Assembly (NCBI RefSeq): GCF_009914755.1
Contig: NC_060935.1
Strand: one strand, 5' to 3'
DNA: 64,000 nt
DNA from: the human T2T-CHM13v2.0 reference genome, Homo sapiens
Shown here one piece after another: positions 56,848 to 64,000 of the stretch; position 1 is the first letter of the stretch, and each line of letters begins with the position of its first letter. The translations under genes and the position numbers were made by a program. The notes below the pieces were generated by a model. It saw nothing but the letters and a program-made list of their open reading frames with translations, was not told the origin of the DNA and searched no databases.

Positions 56848-57845
56848 CTAAGAAAGTAAAGAAATCGGTTACTGATATTGTCTTGATTCTCAGATTGCAA
56901 TCATGTCACTTCATTATAACTCACAATCTAAATTTTCACTTCACCTGAATAAGATTTCAAATTCTTTGGATTTTATGTCCATATCTGTTTTTGCATTCTT
57001 CTCCTTCCTTTCTACTCTTAACTGCCACTCTCTAAGACCTGCATTAATCCTCAATTAGAGACAGCAGAGGCTTTTTAACTGTTTTCCCTTGCTCCAGTCC
57101 TTCTCTGTAACCACTTCATATGCTGATGCTGTCCTTTTTAATCCCAACTACAGAAAAGTTAAAAGAATGATATACTTTACCAATTGTTAACATTTTGCCA
57201 CATTTGCTTACCTATTCTGTATATGTACACTTATTTTTTTTGGCTGACATGTGAAAAAGTCTTCACCTCATAAATGCTTCAGCATTCATCTCCTAAGAGT
57301 CAGAACAGTTTCCTACAAACCACAATTTCATTTTCTCATCTGAAAAATTCAACAATTCCAAAATACAGCTTCTATACTCTGAATTCAAATAAATCTCCCT
57401 AAATTGTCTTAAAATGTTTGTTTTATTTTTTAAATCCAGGATCAGCTTCATGCATTTTATCCCTCTTAATCTAGACCAGTTCTCTGCCGTTTTGTTTTTA
57501 ATCGCACTAACTTTTTTAAAGAACTGAGGCCAGTTGTTTTATAGAATATCCCACACTTTTGATTAGAATACCAGATAGGTGATGTTTTGTATTTCACCCT
57601 GTACTGCATCACAAGGTACCTAAAGTTAGGCTGTCCAATTATTGTGCTGCTAAGCGTGATCACCTGATGCTGCTATCTTAATCTTTATACTGCACCAATC
57701 ATTTCATTCCCTATGTAAATACCTTTAATGAATGTCAGCCTTCATACTGAAGTCCGTATTACTTAGCTCGCTATTCAAAGTCTTCCACAAGTGATTGCAA
57801 CTTACTTTTTTAGTCTCATGTAGCATTATCCTGACACATATGCTC

Positions 57846-58179
57846 TAAGCCCTTGCCAAATTGCCTTTGGCTGAGTACTGATCTGCACACATGCATGAAA
57901 AACTACTGGAGGCCTGGGAAAAACCAGCAGAAGAGTAAGTATATGTCCCCCAAGTTTGGATACTGTCTCCAAAAGGAGAGGAAAGAGAGGAGGGGACAGA
58001 AAAAAAAATCCGAGGAAATGACTGAAAATTTCCCAAACTGATGGAGATATAAACCTGCAAACCCAACAAGCTCAATGAACCACAAGTACAGCAAACATGA
58101 AGAAAACCACACTAAGGCATATCCTAATCAAATTACTGAAACCAAGTGAAAAGGAGAAAATCTAAAACCAGTGGAAGAA

Positions 58180-58230
<51 letters not shown>

Positions 58231-58540
58231 CTCTCTCTACACCCAGGGAGATAAGAATGACAGTAGACTTCTCACCAAAAAGCCAGAAGACAATGGAGCT
58301 TTACTTTTACACTACTGGGAAAAAAAAACAGAAGACTTAGAATCCTATACCCACAAAGGTAACTTTCTAAAGTGTACAAAAAAATAGGCTTTTTCCAGAC
58401 AAAAACTGGAACAATCTGTTGCCAACAAATCTGCACTATAAGAAAAGTTAAAGCAAATTCTTTAGGCAAAAGATGTATGATACCAGAAACTTAGTCCTAC
58501 ACAAAGAAATGAAGAGTGTTGGAAATGGCATAAATGAAGG
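57846..58540 (+). mobile_element. Ancient L1M ORF1 fragment
   Basis: gaggaaatgactgaaaatttcccaaactgatg, aaaaccacactaaggcatatcctaatcaaatt. Confidence 0.65.
58182..58238. repeat. Compound (AC)n(TC)n microsatellite
   Basis: Direct reading. Confidence 0.96.
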
Positions 58541-58809
58541 AGTGCCAGTGAGATTATAAGCAACCAAACTTCCTTCTTGTACCAAACAGTGCAAACATTA
58601 TTAACTCGGTATGTTACAAGAAACTGGCTCTTTTAAGCAGGTATCAGTAAACACTCCCAACTTCCAGAAGTGATGCAACCAGGAGAGGAAAGCAAATTCA
58701 ACTCTGAGATAAAAAAATGTTGGAGACTTTTAAAAAACATACTTTAAAGATTATACTGTGACCAGACCTGAATAAATAAATGCCCACAAAAGAGTTACAA
58801 AATAAATTA

Positions 58810-59230
<421 letters not shown>

Positions 59231-59429
59231 TTAGTCTCCAAAAACGAAGGAAATATGAGTGATGTGAGTGAAAGTGTTTCAATTTAGAAACCTGCTGTAT
59301 AGATAACCAACATAATACGAAAGCTGAAGGAATCAAAAGGAGTCCCATTGCTACAGGCCCAATTTGAATGTCAGAAATTGCTGTGGTAGGACATTGTAAC
59401 CAACTCTGCGCTACTACCACAAATGTTCT

Positions 59430-61174
<1,745 letters not shown>

Positions 61175-61322
61175 TAAATGCTATGTAAATAATTGTTACA
61201 CTGTATTGTTTTCAACTTTCTATTATTTTTTACTGTTTATCATTTTTTAAAAAAGATATTTTCAATCCATAGTTGGTTGAATCTGCAGGTGCAGAAGCTG
61301 TGAATATGGAGGACCAACTGCA
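61175..61322. mobile_element. MER2-type Tigger MITE fragment
   Basis: aatgctatgtaaataattgttac...ttggttgaatctgcaggtgcagaa...gaccaactg end. Confidence 0.7.
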
Positions 61323-61774
61323 TACCATTGTAAATGGGTGTTTGGTTAGAACGGTCAGAAGCTACAAAGCAGGCATGAACTACAGATGAGAATAACTTAA
61401 GAGACATTCTGGGATAAAACAGACAATGACCGAATGGATGCAGATGCTGGAGAGAAGGACATTTCCTTCACTGGTCCTGAACTAATCCCAGCAAACTGAG
61501 GTGACTTCATAAATCCTTTCTCTTCCACTGGAATAATCACATGACATTGTTATTGTATTACTTTGTCAATTTTCATTTTTTTAAAGCCCAAACAGAAGAG
61601 GAAGATACTTTATCAATTTTAGAGTAATATATTACTGTGTCCACTTCTGCTATTAAATCATAAACTCTTTCATGACAGAAACTTAGCATTAATTTTTGAG
61701 TCCCTCACTGTTCAATGCATATAGTAGGCACTCAATGTTTAATTGTTGGTTAAATGTAAAATAAATGAACTTAC

Positions 61775-61895
61775 ATTTTGCTTTTTCTTCTCCTGAACCA
61801 AAGCTACATAGCGCAATGCAATCTTGGTCAGAGTTGTGGCAAGGGAGGCAGCAACAAAGAAATCTCCATCCAGAAGGAATCCTCTCAAGGGAGGT
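61775..61895 (-). CDS. COPB1: COPB1 coding exon ([41 protein letters not shown]), 121 nt
   Basis: ttgcag acceptor and gtaagt donor; completes the AG+A codon from the previous exon; frame continuous. Confidence 0.96.
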
Positions 61896-62029
61896 CTGCA
61901 AAGCAACCAAGGAAAATCAAACCCACCAACTTGCTAAGCAGCATGCAGCTTCTGTATAAATGAATGATATAGGCCTATTAAACACTCTTATTACCATCCT
62001 TCAGTGATAAGGATACCTTAGCTAACTAA

Positions 62030-62400
<371 letters not shown>

Positions 62401-63063
62401 AAACTTATCTTTGAATGACACAAAAGCCATCAGAATATGGAAAGATACAATATTTAATTAGGGGCATACGTAATTGCAGCTAATGAAGTACCTCCGAATT
62501 CCAGCTTACCTGTTTATTTACTGGGTAAGCCTCAAATTCTTCTTCCATAAAATGGAGATAATATATTCTATCTCAAAGGCTTATTGTCAAGACTATATGA
62601 GACAAACTACTTAGCACAATGCCTAGCACTTAGTGGGTATTCAGTAAAATTTTAGGCAAAGATTTCACCATCTTCACCATTAAAATTTACTTAATAGAAA
62701 AATGCACAATTTTATTCCATCATTTAGAAATTGAAAAATCTTCAAAATGTTTTCAGATGCTAATAAACAACAAAACTCAAATATCTTCAGTTACCCCCAC
62801 TTAGCATTTTCTGAGTAAAAATAATTTGAGTTTAAACAGAACAGTTATTTCCATAAAAACACTGGAAGGGACAGAGAATTAAAACCATCAATACAATTCC
62901 TAGGGGGAAGAACTTAAACATCCTCCGCTTCTCAAGTACCTTAAATGGCAAAGATTTTCATTTTGGTTGCAAAAGCAAGAGGAAAGAAATCATTTGACTG
63001 TTTTACATACAAGAGTAATAATAAAAGTAGTACAGCTGGCAGGGTATATGTGCCATAAATTAC

Positions 63064-63224
63064 CTGTCTTCCTCTTTCTTGGTGGGTCTAGAACTGCTAA
63101 GGGCACTCTGAGTTGCATAGGTACCCATTTCAGTAACCAATTTCTGAACTGGCCCTACAGTTATTTCTTCTTCAGGTTTTAATTCACCAGCTTCTTTCTT
63201 TATTTCTGACTCTACAATTGGGAT
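63064..63224 (-). CDS. COPB1: COPB1 coding exon ([20 protein letters not shown]...[11 protein letters not shown]), 161 nt
   Basis: Manual translation matches beta-COP; ttttag acceptor and gtaatt donor; phase 0 to 2; not in the ORF track. Confidence 0.96.
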
Positions 63225-64000
63225 CTAAAAGTCAATTGGAAACATCATTTTAGTAATAGTATCAACAGCAAGCAAAATTATCTTTAAATATTTGATTGTT
63301 TCTCTAAAAAAGGCATTACCCTAATGGGATTTTTGGAACTGGGAACTCTGCTTTCAATTTATTTCCTTCCCAGGATAATGTAGTAGGTAGAATAGGGGCT
63401 TCAGAGATGGATATTCCAGGGTTTGAATTCTCACTCTGCCACTTACTACTTTGGACCTCAGTTTCTTAATCTGCTAAGTGGAAATCTTAATTCTTTCTAC
63501 ACATTTTACCTAATAGAAAAATGCATTGGACAGTGTCTAACACAAAGCAGATGGTCATTAAGTCGTATTCCTCTTCTTCATTCCTTTCCTTGAAATTTTA
63601 ACCAAAACAGTACTCATCCTTCTAAAATGAAATAAATCCGACTTATTTGTACATAATAACCTCATCAACTAACTTTTAAATTAACTGAATGGCTATTATG
63701 TATTTATTACTCAATACCAGTCCATTACCTAATATAAGAGCACTAAGAGTATTTAATCATTACCTATTTTAATTTATTTTATAGGTGAAAAACACTGATG
63801 TCAAGTTAGGTTGAGGAACTTATATTCAAGGTCCTCCAGCTAACTGTCGACACAACAATGACTAGAACTAATTGTCAGGTCTCCTGATAATTAGTCCACT
63901 GTTCTTTCTATTCTACCATAAGGTTGTTAGGATGAAGAATACTGTCAGTTTTACTGCATAAATATTCTGAAGTCAGACTTACTCTAAGGCATTCTTCCTT

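Overview
Primate (human-like) genomic DNA, very rich in repeats. The right third (about 44.8-63.2 kb) holds the last 10 coding exons and 3' UTR of COPB1 (coatomer beta subunit) on the minus strand. All have GT-AG boundaries, and they splice in frame to 468 aa plus stop, ending ...GDKINLSQKKTSI*. The left two thirds is intergenic; from memory this is the RRAS2-COPB1 interval on human 11p15.2. It contains more than 30 Alus, old L1M/L2/MIR/LTR/DNA-transposon debris, a decayed near-full-length L1PA (17.09-22.35 kb), an Alu-interrupted RPL13A processed pseudogene and an MLT2A solo LTR. I found no new protein-coding gene or multi-gene system; nearly all tracked ORFs are Alu/L1 artefacts. The most interesting signals are structural. 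(1) The L1PA's apparent target-site duplication lies about 330 bp beyond its 3' end and encloses three A-rich tails, suggesting serial 3' transduction. (2) There are three short local duplications: a 136-bp tandem duplication that doubles a candidate distal COPB1 polyA signal, a displaced copy of COPB1 3' UTR, and a 130-bp LTR-into-LTR copy. (3) There are two fold-back or template-switch palindromes. (4) A (UG)22 tract abuts a COPB1 branch point. Repeat subfamily names and boundaries are by eye and approximate.
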